DNA from: a virus
Lineage: Duplodnaviria > Caudoviricetes
DNA length: 42,381 nucleotides
Virus record (IMG/VR): IMGVR_UViG_3300023065_000008
Coordinates: 1-42,381 of that record
Reading direction: 5' to 3' (one strand)
The position numbers and the translations under genes are program-made. The notes under the pieces were generated by a model. That model was not told where the DNA came from. It saw nothing but the letters and a program-made list of their open reading frames with translations, and searched no databases. Shown in pieces: positions 27,257-34,985 of the stretch (position 1 is the first letter of the stretch; the number at the start of each line of letters is the position of its first letter).

Positions 27257-27594
27257 GCAGCTTCGCGCCGGGTATCGAGCGCACCATCAATCCAGGCCAC
27301 ACCTGCTTTCCAAAGTTGCCTAGTTTTCTCCTCCCCGAAGCCCAGCTTTTTACCGACATCCTTGAGCGACGTGTCGCGTGAGGTGTAGTACTTGATGATG
27401 ACCTGGCCGCATTCTGGATAGCGCTTTCGAAGGCGCCCGACTAGACGGTCAATGAATAGCGCGTCGTCGTCGGAAATCATAGGGTCGAGTATGGTGTTCT
27501 CCCGCGATGCGCAGCACGACACCCCCGATCCGAGCACCACCCAGCGCCCCCAGTGTTCCAGCAGATCCTCAGCCGACCTTTCTACATTGCTCAT
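27253..27594 (-). CDS. Late antiterminator Q
   Basis: LLEHWGRWV, ISDDDAL.ID..V..L, AGVAWIDG; directly upstream of pR'/tR'. Confidence 0.85.
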   Translation of the reverse strand: MSNVERSAEDLLEHWGRWVVLGSGVSCCASRENTILDPMISDDDALFIDRLVGRLRKRYPECGQVIIKYYTSRDTSLKDVGKKLGFGEEKTRQLWKAGVAWIDGALDTRREAA

Positions 27595-27605
27595 GCACTT
27601 CCCCC

Positions 27606-27923
27606 TCAATCCCCGGTGTAGTTGGTGCCGCCGGCGCCGCGCCGGTTGCTTCCCTGATATGCGGCCTCAGGCCCGGATGCCTGAAGGTTCTTCAGCTGCT
27701 CGATCTGCCGGAGCGCGGCCCGCAGCCTCATGCTGAGCTGGGTCACCAGTTCGTCCAGGGCCAAGGCCTCGCCAGTTGCAGCCGCTACCCAGCCCGAGGC
27801 GTTGCAGTGCTCGCATGGCAGCTCGTGAAACAAGCCCTTGGTGACCGCTCTCCCACGGCACAAAGGGCACTCTTCCAGCTGGACCACGGCCTTCTTCAAG
27901 GCTGGGCCGTGGCTTTTCCTCAT
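27606..27923 (-). CDS. Hypothetical Zn-finger protein
   Basis: CPLC...CEHC pairs; position upstream of Q. Confidence 0.7.
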   Translation of the reverse strand: MRKSHGPALKKAVVQLEECPLCRGRAVTKGLFHELPCEHCNASGWVAAATGEALALDELVTQLSMRLRAALRQIEQLKNLQASGPEAAYQGSNRRGAGGTNYTGD

Positions 27924-28087
27924 TCCTTCGATCCCTCAACCTTCACGCAGCGGAATGTCTTGGGACCCACATAGAAGCCACCCAGGCGTTCGCACTCAGC
28001 GGCAACCGTGTGATGAGCACGAAGCCAGCCGATGTAGTAGGCCAGCAGCAGGCCCGCGGCCTGGTAAGCAAACTGAGCAACTGTCAT
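27920..28087 (-). CDS. Small 55-aa membrane protein
   Basis: MTVAQFAYQAAGLLLAYYIGWLRAHHTVAAECERLGGFYVGPKTFRCVKVEGSKE; ATGA overlaps at both ends; not in the ORF track. Confidence 0.65.
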   Translation of the reverse strand: MTVAQFAYQAAGLLLAYYIGWLRAHHTVAAECERLGGFYVGPKTFRCVKVEGSKE

Positions 28088-29382
28088 TTCGAATCCTCGC
28101 TAATTACAAATGCGGTAAGGTCGTTCGGCGCCACGGCTGCTGTGGCCTCGGGCGAATTCTGCGAAATTTCGGATAAGGCCTTGGTAAGGCCGTGGATGGC
28201 TGCGAATCCAACCTGATCAAGCCAGGCGTGCCACTTCTCCAGGGCTGCGCGACGCTGCTGCATGGCCTGGGTGTGGATGTAGGTGCTGGCGATCTTGCCC
28301 AGCGTGTGGTTCAGCAGCATCTCGCCGATGTGGCCGTCGATGCCGAGGTCAGTCCAGGTGCTGCGGGACACCTTGCGCAGGTCGTGGCTGGTCCATTTGC
28401 CCTGCCCCAGGCGGGTGAACACGGCGCTGGCCTGGGTCTCGCTCAACGACAAGCCGCGACGATTCGGGAACAGGTACACGCCCTCGTAGCCTCCGGCCTG
28501 CTGAACGGCCCGGTACCGGATCAGCAGCGCCTCGACCTGGGCGGTCAGTGGCAGACGGTGCTCGGTGCGGGTCTTGGTGTTCGCCGCGGGAATGAACCAC
28601 TCGGCCGCCGCCAGGGAGATCTCGCTCCAGCGCGCCATGCGGGTCTCGCCGATACGGGTGCCGTGGGCCAGCATCATCAGGGCCAACATGGCATCACCCG
28701 GTGCCGCTTCGAAGGCCTGGGCCAGCTGCTGCATCAACTCGGGCAGTTGCACGTCACGCAGCCGCGCGGCCTTGGGCAGGATCTTGGCCTTGGTGAAGTC
28801 GTTGAATCGCATCCCGGCCATTGGGTTGCGGTCGATCAGGCCCAGCTGCAGGGCCTGTCGGAAAGCGGTCAGAAGCAGCGCGAACATCTGTCGCAGGTAG
28901 GACAGCGACACCTCGGCCTGGCACGGCCACATCAGCTGCTTGTCCAGGGCATCGGCGGTTACATCGGCCACGGCCAGGTCATCCAGACGCGGCTTCAGGT
29001 GCTGAGCAATGGCTGAGCGGGCGCCGGCCTTGCGCTTGGCCGACAGCGAGCGGTCACGGGCCATGCGGTTGCCGTACCAGTCCAGCAATTGGCCCACGGT
29101 GACCATGCCCGAGACCACCGGCGCCGTGGCCGGGGATCGCAGCAGGCGCTGACGCAGCGCGGGGAGCTCGGCCAGCACCGCCGATACGCTCAGGTCGGGC
29201 CAGCGGGCAACCGGTACCCACTTCTTGCCGCGCACCAGGTGCCAGGTGCCACGCTCGCGGTTGCTCCAGAAGCGCAGGTAGAGGCCTGGGTGGCGTGGGT
29301 CGCGCAGGTCGCGCACAGACTTGTCGGCGGCCTGCCGGCGCACTTCGGCCTCGCTCAGCTTCACTTCACGGGTCGCGCTCAT
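28084..29382 (-). CDS. Second tyrosine recombinase (arm-binding N-domain), 432 aa
   Basis: Start ATG 29382 coupled to the VRR-NUC stop; catalytic R (GTRIGE), K (NTKT), HxxR (HDLR), H (LNH), Y (STY) present. Confidence 0.88.
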   Translation of the reverse strand: MSATREVKLSEAEVRRQAADKSVRDLRDPRHPGLYLRFWSNRERGTWHLVRGKKWVPVARWPDLSVSAVLAELPALRQRLLRSPATAPVVSGMVTVGQLLDWYGNRMARDRSLSAKRKAGARSAIAQHLKPRLDDLAVADVTADALDKQLMWPCQAEVSLSYLRQMFALLLTAFRQALQLGLIDRNPMAGMRFNDFTKAKILPKAARLRDVQLPELMQQLAQAFEAAPGDAMLALMMLAHGTRIGETRMARWSEISLAAAEWFIPAANTKTRTEHRLPLTAQVEALLIRYRAVQQAGGYEGVYLFPNRRGLSLSETQASAVFTRLGQGKWTSHDLRKVSRSTWTDLGIDGHIGEMLLNHTLGKIASTYIHTQAMQQRRAALEKWHAWLDQVGFAAIHGLTKALSEISQNSPEATAAVAPNDLTAFVISEDSK

Positions 29383-29807
29383 GCGGCCACCGTCGCAGGG
29401 AGCAGCAGGTAGGCGCGGATGGCCTCGACGGCATCGATGTTGCCCCGGCACACGATCGCCAGATAGCCCTGATCGCCGAGCGCCTGCAGGTAAGCGTCCT
29501 GGCTGGGGGACACCGGCGCATCGAACGGTGGCATGGCCTTGAACTCGATATACAGGCCGAAGTAGCCGCCGCGCGCCATCGGCAGCACCAGGTCGGGCAC
29601 CCCGGCCTTCACGCCCTGCCCTTTCAGCTTGGCGGCCACGGCCTTGACCCGGTGACCGCCGTTCGGCACGTGGTAGATCAGCTTGTAAGCCTGCGGGTAG
29701 CGCAGCTGCAGCTCTTGAATCAGCGCGGCCTGCTCCTGCCCTTCCCGATCGACGGGTTTGGCACGCAGAGAACCCTGGCGCAAAGGCTTCATAGTCACCG
29801 ATTTCAT
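29379..29807 (-). CDS. VRR-NUC domain nuclease (resolvase-like)
   Basis: E..EQ, HVPNGG.R, GVKAGVPDL, IEFK, S.SQ. Confidence 0.88.
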   Translation of the reverse strand: MKSVTMKPLRQGSLRAKPVDREGQEQAALIQELQLRYPQAYKLIYHVPNGGHRVKAVAAKLKGQGVKAGVPDLVLPMARGGYFGLYIEFKAMPPFDAPVSPSQDAYLQALGDQGYLAIVCRGNIDAVEAIRAYLLLPATVAA

Positions 29808-30049
29808 CAAACCGCCTTTCCCAGCTGGGTTTGGATTTTCGCCAAGCCTTCGGGAGAGACGAACACCCGGCCACCAAGCATGACCATGGTGTCGCAAGGG
29901 ACCTCCTTGGCATTTACGCGATAGCGAAGGCCAGGTGCGTCTTTCCAATGGCACCACTTCCGCTCAGTCTTCCAGCGAACAGTTTTCGTCTTGGGCAGGT
30001 GCTCGCTGACGTAAATCGGAATGCCGTTGAAGGCCATAGCTGGACTCAT
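29807..30049 (-). CDS. Hypothetical protein
   Basis: 80 aa from ATG 30049 with GGAGG RBS, coupled to both neighbours. Confidence 0.65.
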   Translation of the reverse strand: MSPAMAFNGIPIYVSEHLPKTKTVRWKTERKWCHWKDAPGLRYRVNAKEVPCDTMVMLGGRVFVSPEGLAKIQTQLGKAV

Positions 30050-30858
30050 GCTTCCTCCTTGCCACGGTGCGATTCCCACTCGAAGGGCACCACCACCCCG
30101 CCGCCCTCGCGCAGGCGGTCATAACACCGCTCGCCCATGGCGTGGCGCAGTTGGCCGGCCTCCAGGTTGGAGATCACCACCGTGGGGCGCATCTGCTCGT
30201 AGCGCCCGTTGATGATCGAAAACAGGGTGGTCAGTTCGAACTCGCTCGGCTGCTCCTTGCTGACCCCGACCTCGTCCAGCACCAGCAATGACGGCTCGAT
30301 CAGGCTGGATAGGATGTCGGCCTCGGACTGCTCACTGTGGCGGTCGTAGGTCGCCCGGATGGATTGCAGAATCGCGCCAACGGTCCGGTAGACGGCGGTG
30401 GCCGAAGTGTTGCGCATCAGCTCGTTGGCCATGCCGGCACCCAGATGGGTCTTGCCGGTGCCGACCTTGCCCAACAGCATCAGGCACCGGCCGGTGCGCT
30501 CGATCTCCTCGAATGCCGCCACGTAGCGCGTGCAAAAGGCCAGGGCTTTACGCTGCCCTTCGTGCTCGACGCGATAGTTGGCCAGGGTGCGGTCGGCGAA
30601 ACGCTTCGGGATCAGCGCCGACCCCAACTTGCGGGTCATCGCCTCGCGCTTCAGGCGGGTTTCCTCGGCCTGCTGCTTCGCCTCTCGTTCGACAATGGCG
30701 GCCTTCTCGCACGCAGGGCAGCGCCCAACGATTTCGCGGCCCATGAGCATGGTCACCCGCTGTTCGAAGTCGCCGTGATGCTCGCAGTGCGCAGGCTGTA
30801 CGCGGAACCCGGCGGCGTTTCGCACCTCGGACATGGTGATCACCGATTCAGATCGCAT
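30046..30858 (-). CDS. DnaC/IstB-like ATPase (helicase loader)
   Basis: C..H...C..C Zn site, IPKRF, Walker A GKVGTGKT, Walker B LLVLDEVG, ISNL, DRL. Confidence 0.92.
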   Translation of the reverse strand: MRSESVITMSEVRNAAGFRVQPAHCEHHGDFEQRVTMLMGREIVGRCPACEKAAIVEREAKQQAEETRLKREAMTRKLGSALIPKRFADRTLANYRVEHEGQRKALAFCTRYVAAFEEIERTGRCLMLLGKVGTGKTHLGAGMANELMRNTSATAVYRTVGAILQSIRATYDRHSEQSEADILSSLIEPSLLVLDEVGVSKEQPSEFELTTLFSIINGRYEQMRPTVVISNLEAGQLRHAMGERCYDRLREGGGVVVPFEWESHRGKEEA

Positions 30859-31705
30859 AGGTACCGTCCTCGCGCTTGGTCAGGCCGCCGGTGTAGTCGC
30901 GGTCACTGAACCCGTGGTGGCGGCTGTTGGGATTGGACTTGGCAGGCAGCTGGGTGCCGATACGCTTGGTCACCCAGTCCACCTCGAACCCGCGCCAGCC
31001 GTTCTCGACGGCGACCTCAAGGGCTTGGGCGGGCTGGATGCCGAAAGCCTTGCACTGCTCCAGCTTGGCGTTCAGGCCGGACCAGATGCGGGCCGTCACC
31101 GGGGCTTTCGCTGCCTTGCGGACAGTCAGGTAGTCAACGATCAGCGATTCATCCAGGCCGTGGGGGTTGTCGGCCAGCATCGCTGCTTTGCCGAACGGTG
31201 CCTTGCGCTCAGACTTGGCCGGAGCATCCGGCGATTCGCTGGGGGGGCATGTAATATCTTCCGTAGGAAGATTTACATAGGGGGTTAGATTCTTAGAATA
31301 AAGAAGGGACTCGGCGGTTTTGGTCTGTTTCGACTCTTCGCCGATTCGGACCACTTGAGCCGAATCGGCTGTTTTGGTCTGATTCGGCTCAGTGACATAG
31401 GCCCAGTCTTTCGGGTCATTCACACCGATGTCGCCCCGGGCACCGCCCTCGCGGAACAGTACGCGTCGACGCAACAGGCTGGAAATGGCCTTCGACACGG
31501 TGTCGGGATGAGCGTGGATGGCCTTCGCGATGTCGGTAGCCGGGATGCGCTGAGCGCCCGCGCCGAAGTTGATTGTGGCCTTGGCCACGTACAGCACAAT
31601 CTTCATCTCCCGAGCAGGGAGATCGATAGCCAGCAGGCCATCCATGAGCTGGTTGTCCATCCGGGTGAACCCCCTGGACTTGTCAAGTGGGACGATGTTT
31701 GTCAT
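30848..31705 (-). CDS. Replication initiator (lambda O-like)
   Basis: GFTRMDNQL wHTH N-terminus, internal iterons, GWRGF C-terminal motif. Confidence 0.88.
   Translation of the reverse strand: MTNIVPLDKSRGFTRMDNQLMDGLLAIDLPAREMKIVLYVAKATINFGAGAQRIPATDIAKAIHAHPDTVSKAISSLLRRRVLFREGGARGDIGVNDPKDWAYVTEPNQTKTADSAQVVRIGEESKQTKTAESLLYSKNLTPYVNLPTEDITCPPSESPDAPAKSERKAPFGKAAMLADNPHGLDESLIVDYLTVRKAAKAPVTARIWSGLNAKLEQCKAFGIQPAQALEVAVENGWRGFEVDWVTKRIGTQLPAKSNPNSRHHGFSDRDYTGGLTKREDGTYAI
31262..31390. other. Putative replication origin inside O
   Basis: 26-bp direct repeats 31311-31336 and 31365-31390 (3 mismatches), a CCGATTCGG/CCGAATCGG palindrome between them, adjacent AT-rich tract. Confidence 0.7.
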
Positions 31706-31731
31706 GCTTCAACTCGTGTCAAGTTGTAGAG

Positions 31732-31759
31732 AAAGCCGCCCTGCCAGGCGGTTTTTTTT
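31732..31759. terminator. Terminator between cro and O (tR1-like; T8 run on the plus strand)
   Basis: GCCGCC-ctgcca-GGCGGT TTTTTTT. Confidence 0.7.
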
Positions 31760-31843
31760 CGTCTGCGATTTAGCTACTGGATGCCTGAACAGCTGGACGG
31801 ACTCACTACTGGCGCAAGGCCAGGTCACGCATACTTGCTTACA

Positions 31844-32074
31844 TCAGGCAGCACCAAGCTCAGGCCATATAACGCTCCAATCATCAGGGCGTAGCTGCTG
31901 ACGAGTTACAGCACCGCGACTGGCTACCTCGGTCTTAGCGGCCATTTCAGCCGAAGCTATTTTGTGCCCGTAGGCAATTAGCCGCAGGTAGGCCCGAGAC
32001 GTTCCGGTTTGAGCTACCTGCTCATCCGTCGCCGTCTTGAGCCACTCCAGCAGCCCGGTTTTTCTGGTCCGCAT
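31844..32074 (-). CDS. cro: Cro-like HTH regulator
   Basis: 76 aa, divergent from cI, VA.QTGTS.AYL..IAYG, LRPDDW..IWPEL. Confidence 0.85.
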   Translation of the reverse strand: MRTRKTGLLEWLKTATDEQVAQTGTSRAYLRLIAYGHKIASAEMAAKTEVASRGAVTRQQLRPDDWSVIWPELGAA

Positions 32075-32103
32075 TTCGGGCCTCCGTAGTAGTCAACCAG
32101 ATT

Positions 32104-32158
32104 ATTACCGCTGGGTAATGATTAAACAATACCCACAGGGAATTTACCTTTTGGTAAC
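32104..32158. promoter_or_regulatory. OR operators (three 16-bp sites)
   Basis: ATTACCgctgGGTAAT (32104-32119), AATACCcacaGGGAAT (32128-32143), TTTACCttttGGTAAC (32143-32158). Confidence 0.8.
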
Positions 32159-32177
32159 GGTCACAGATCATTGCTCG

Positions 32178-32915
32178 ATGGAAATTTCAGACATTCGCCG
32201 CGATAACCTGCGGCTACTTATGAATTCGCGCTTCGAAGGCAAACAGGCACGCATAGCCGATGCCTTGGGGAAGAGCGCGAACTACATCTCCCGCTGCCTG
32301 GCGAACCCAGACAGCTCTGGAGCGAAGAAGATCGGGGAGGATTTCGCGCGCGAGATCGAGGAGAACCTCGGCCTTCAGCGCTATGCGATGGATCAGCCAG
32401 GGCTTGTGACTAAGCAATCTTCTGTTGAGGCAAACGCCGAGTACATCGGCTCTTTCGACGTCTGGGACGACGATACGCCGCTGGGTGACGATGAGGTGTA
32501 TGTGCCGTTTCTCAAGGAAGTAGAACTATCCGCAGGCCAGGGACGCACCGTGGTTCAGCAGTCAAGTAACCGAAAACTTCGCTTCGGCAAGCTGACACTG
32601 CGACGGCAGGGAGTTCAGCCCAGCGACGCGGTATGTGTAACAGTCAGCGGCAACAGCATGGAGCCTGTCTTGCCTGATGGCAGCACGGCCGGTGTAGATC
32701 AAGGCAGAACTGCGGTGGTTGATGGAAAAATGTATGCCATCAACCATGCCGGCCAGCTTCGGGTAAAAACCCTTTACCGGCTACCAGGGGGCGGCATCCG
32801 GCTCCGCAGCTTCAATCGAGATGAGCACCCGGATGAGGAATATACCGCCGAGGAACTCATCTCCAACCAGATCATCGTCCTCGGTCGTGTCTTCTGGTAC
32901 TCAGTCCTCCTTTAG
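32178..32915 (+). CDS. cI: CI-like repressor (HTH plus S24 autopeptidase)
   Basis: N-terminal HTH, ELSAG.G cleavage site, V.GNSMEP (Ser), RVK.L (Lys). Confidence 0.92.
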   Translation: MEISDIRRDNLRLLMNSRFEGKQARIADALGKSANYISRCLANPDSSGAKKIGEDFAREIEENLGLQRYAMDQPGLVTKQSSVEANAEYIGSFDVWDDDTPLGDDEVYVPFLKEVELSAGQGRTVVQQSSNRKLRFGKLTLRRQGVQPSDAVCVTVSGNSMEPVLPDGSTAGVDQGRTAVVDGKMYAINHAGQLRVKTLYRLPGGGIRLRSFNRDEHPDEEYTAEELISNQIIVLGRVFWYSVLL

Positions 32916-32931
32916 CCTGAATTGGTAACAG

Positions 32932-32956
32932 AGCCCGCTTATGCGGGCTTTTTTTT
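32932..32956 (+). terminator. cI terminator
   Basis: AGCCCGC-ttat-GCGGGCT followed by T7. Confidence 0.85.
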
Positions 32957-32972
32957 GCCTTCGAGAAAAAAG

Positions 32973-33016
32973 ATTACCCATGGGTATTGACTGCAATAGT
33001 TACCCGCAGGTAACTT
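32973..33016 (+). promoter_or_regulatory. PL promoter with two OL operators
   Basis: ATTACCcatgGGTATT (32973-32988) and GTTACCcgcaGGTAAC (32999-33014); -35 TTGACT 32987-32992, -10 TAACTT 33011-33016. Confidence 0.8.
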
Positions 33017-33018
33017 TA

Positions 33019-33294
33019 CCTCAACGCCGGATCGACACCGGCCAGAAACGAAGGCAGCGATGGACAGGCCTCAACGGTCCAGAGGGGTGGCAACTGCCCC
33101 GGGCGTGCAGCGTAAAGCGCCAATGCAGTTTCCCAGCGGGTGAGCGCCGCGGCTGGGTAGAACAAAACGAGTGCGAACTGGATTAGGGCCAGGTGGTAAT
33201 CAAGGCGCACATGAGTTTTCGGTCGACGCCAGTAGCGGACCGACAACGGAAAGCATCACTGAAGCGCCCGGCGCGTCCGGGCGCTTTGGGATGC
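33019..33294 (+). ncRNA. Candidate structured PL leader RNA
   Basis: About 8 consecutive stem-loops and no convincing CDS directly after PL. Confidence 0.45.
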
Positions 33295-33307
33295 GGACCA
33301 TGTTCAA

Positions 33308-33760
33308 TCAGCGTCGCTTGCCCAGGCTTGGAGCCCCACCCCTGACGAAGTGGACGTTAGCAAATGGGGTTGAGTGATCAGGACCTGACGGCAAGTAGGT
33401 CTGATCCAGATCCTTTGCGCAAACCTTGCAAAGGGCTGGAGGGCGTTCCCAATCTGCGTGAATTTTGAATTTTGACTTGCACCGCCAGCACACTTTCTCG
33501 ATCCATTTCGAAGCGACAGCTGGCTGTTTCGCCTTAGGCGCCTTCAGAGACCAAGGCCCCTTTCCGGCCTGCTTATTGGCCTTTATAGCCGCCTTTGCGG
33601 CAGCCTTAGACGCCTTGCGGCTCTGCTTGGCGTTTGGATGGCCTTTGGCGAGCTTCTGCAGCTCAATGATTTTATCCAGCAGAGCAAACTCGTCGCGAAG
33701 CTGCAGAGTTACCTCATCCAGTTCTGGCTTGAGCTGCTTCTTTCGATCTTCGGCGTCCAT
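33308..33760 (-). CDS. Antisense moron, basic protein with CxxC...CxxC
   Basis: MDAEDRKKQ..., Lys/Ala-rich linker, CWRC...CKVC; GGGGAGG RBS. Confidence 0.7.
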   Translation of the reverse strand: MDAEDRKKQLKPELDEVTLQLRDEFALLDKIIELQKLAKGHPNAKQSRKASKAAAKAAIKANKQAGKGPWSLKAPKAKQPAVASKWIEKVCWRCKSKFKIHADWERPPALCKVCAKDLDQTYLPSGPDHSTPFANVHFVRGGAPSLGKRR

Positions 33761-33843
33761 ATGGAACCCCTCCCCCTGATCATCACGCGAGGGTAGCAAT
33801 TTGCCTCCATCTCGCGCCAGCTCATACCCAACGAGATCACATC

Positions 33844-34227
33844 ATGGACACGATCACCACCGGCGCATGGATAGGCCATCTTGGCCGTGGCCTGGCGCCT
33901 CGCGAACTGCAATGCCTTCTTGACGTTGCCCAAGGATTCACGACGAAGGAAATCGCCAGGCACTTCGGCATCAGTGAAAGCGGCGTCGAGAAGCGCATCT
34001 GCGATGCCATGTTCAAGCTCGGCGTTGCCCGCCGGGCTGCTGCAGTGGCCGAAGCCATGCGCCGCAACATTATCAGCCCGCTCTGCATCGCCCTCGCCGC
34101 CCTGATCGCATCGCATGCGTTGATCAACGACAGCGATCCGATGCGCCGCGATCGCCGGGCGCCCGAGCGGCGCACCGCACAAGTTCGAATCGTTCGCCGG
34201 GCCGAGGCCCTGGAACTTCACGCCTGA
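33844..34227 (+). CDS. LuxR-type HTH protein
   Basis: LAPRELQCL..VAQG.TTKEIA..FGIS...VEKRI...MFKLGV..R. Confidence 0.85.
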   Translation: MDTITTGAWIGHLGRGLAPRELQCLLDVAQGFTTKEIARHFGISESGVEKRICDAMFKLGVARRAAAVAEAMRRNIISPLCIALAALIASHALINDSDPMRRDRRAPERRTAQVRIVRRAEALELHA

Positions 34228-34245
34228 CCAATCCGAGGATTCACC

Positions 34246-34515
34246 ATGCACACAGCAATGCACCCTGCTTTCGAGCAAAAGCTTGCCGTGCTCGCGGCCC
34301 TGCTCGAGCGCAGCACGTCAGCCAGGATCGAAGCCCACGCCAAGATCGGGCAGCAGGCCCCGCGCTACCAGGCTTCCGGCCGGGCCGGGACGTGGGAAGT
34401 GGTCGATATCGCCACTGGCGTGGTTCAAGGCTTCGCTTTCAGCTACCGAGCCGCGCTGCGGTTTGTGGATGCGATGGAAGCCGGGGCTGCGAGCAAGACA
34501 GGTGCTCGGCAATGA
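34246..34515 (+). CDS. Hypothetical protein
   Basis: GAGGA RBS, 89 aa, coupled to the next gene. Confidence 0.7.
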   Translation: MHTAMHPAFEQKLAVLAALLERSTSARIEAHAKIGQQAPRYQASGRAGTWEVVDIATGVVQGFAFSYRAALRFVDAMEAGAASKTGARQ

Positions 34516-34961
34516 GCAAGCGCAAGCCGCACAACATGCGGGCACGCCTGGAGCGGACCTGCCGGGCGCTGGTATCTGCCAACCACGCCGCCGTGGTTAA
34601 CATTGACCCGAGCGGCCAACAGGTGCTGCTCAACTGGAAGAACCTCAAGCAGATCTGCGTGCGGCAAGTCGTCGACGCAGTCTGCGACATCCCGCACCGC
34701 TGGACCATCTACCTCAACGTGCTGTGCCGGACTGAGTTCGGCGAGCGGTATCACAAGTCGATCGAGGTCGCGCCCCAGGATAACTATCGCGCCGAACACC
34801 TGACCGACGTAATCGAGACAACCTACATGGACCTGCGGGCGACCGCCAACCCTAATCATCTGGTGGCGGCCGGCTGGATCGCCATTCCCACTGACACTAC
34901 GCTAGACGAGGCAGATGCAGCCAAAATATTTGCCACCGTCGGCGCCTGGAGTCAGTACTAG
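34512..34961 (+). CDS. Hypothetical protein
   Basis: ATG 34512 overlaps the previous stop; 149 aa. Confidence 0.7.
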   Translation: MSKRKPHNMRARLERTCRALVSANHAAVVNIDPSGQQVLLNWKNLKQICVRQVVDAVCDIPHRWTIYLNVLCRTEFGERYHKSIEVAPQDNYRAEHLTDVIETTYMDLRATANPNHLVAAGWIAIPTDTTLDEADAAKIFATVGAWSQY

Positions 34962-34985
34962 TATGCATGAAACGGGTGATAGTCC

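Noticed and set aside
29383-29913. 177-aa N-terminal extension of the 609-aa recombinase ORF
   Set aside because: It overlaps VRR-NUC in another frame and is low-complexity Arg/Gly/Ala; ATG 29382 is ATGA-coupled and starts the recognisable domain
32037-32177. 47-aa N-terminal extension of CI
   Set aside because: It runs through the cro start and OR operators; ATG 32178 begins the HTH domain
33227-33235. CGCCAGTAG shared between the PL leader and the post-cro region as a nut-like box
   Set aside because: A single 9-mer match between two short regions is compatible with chance
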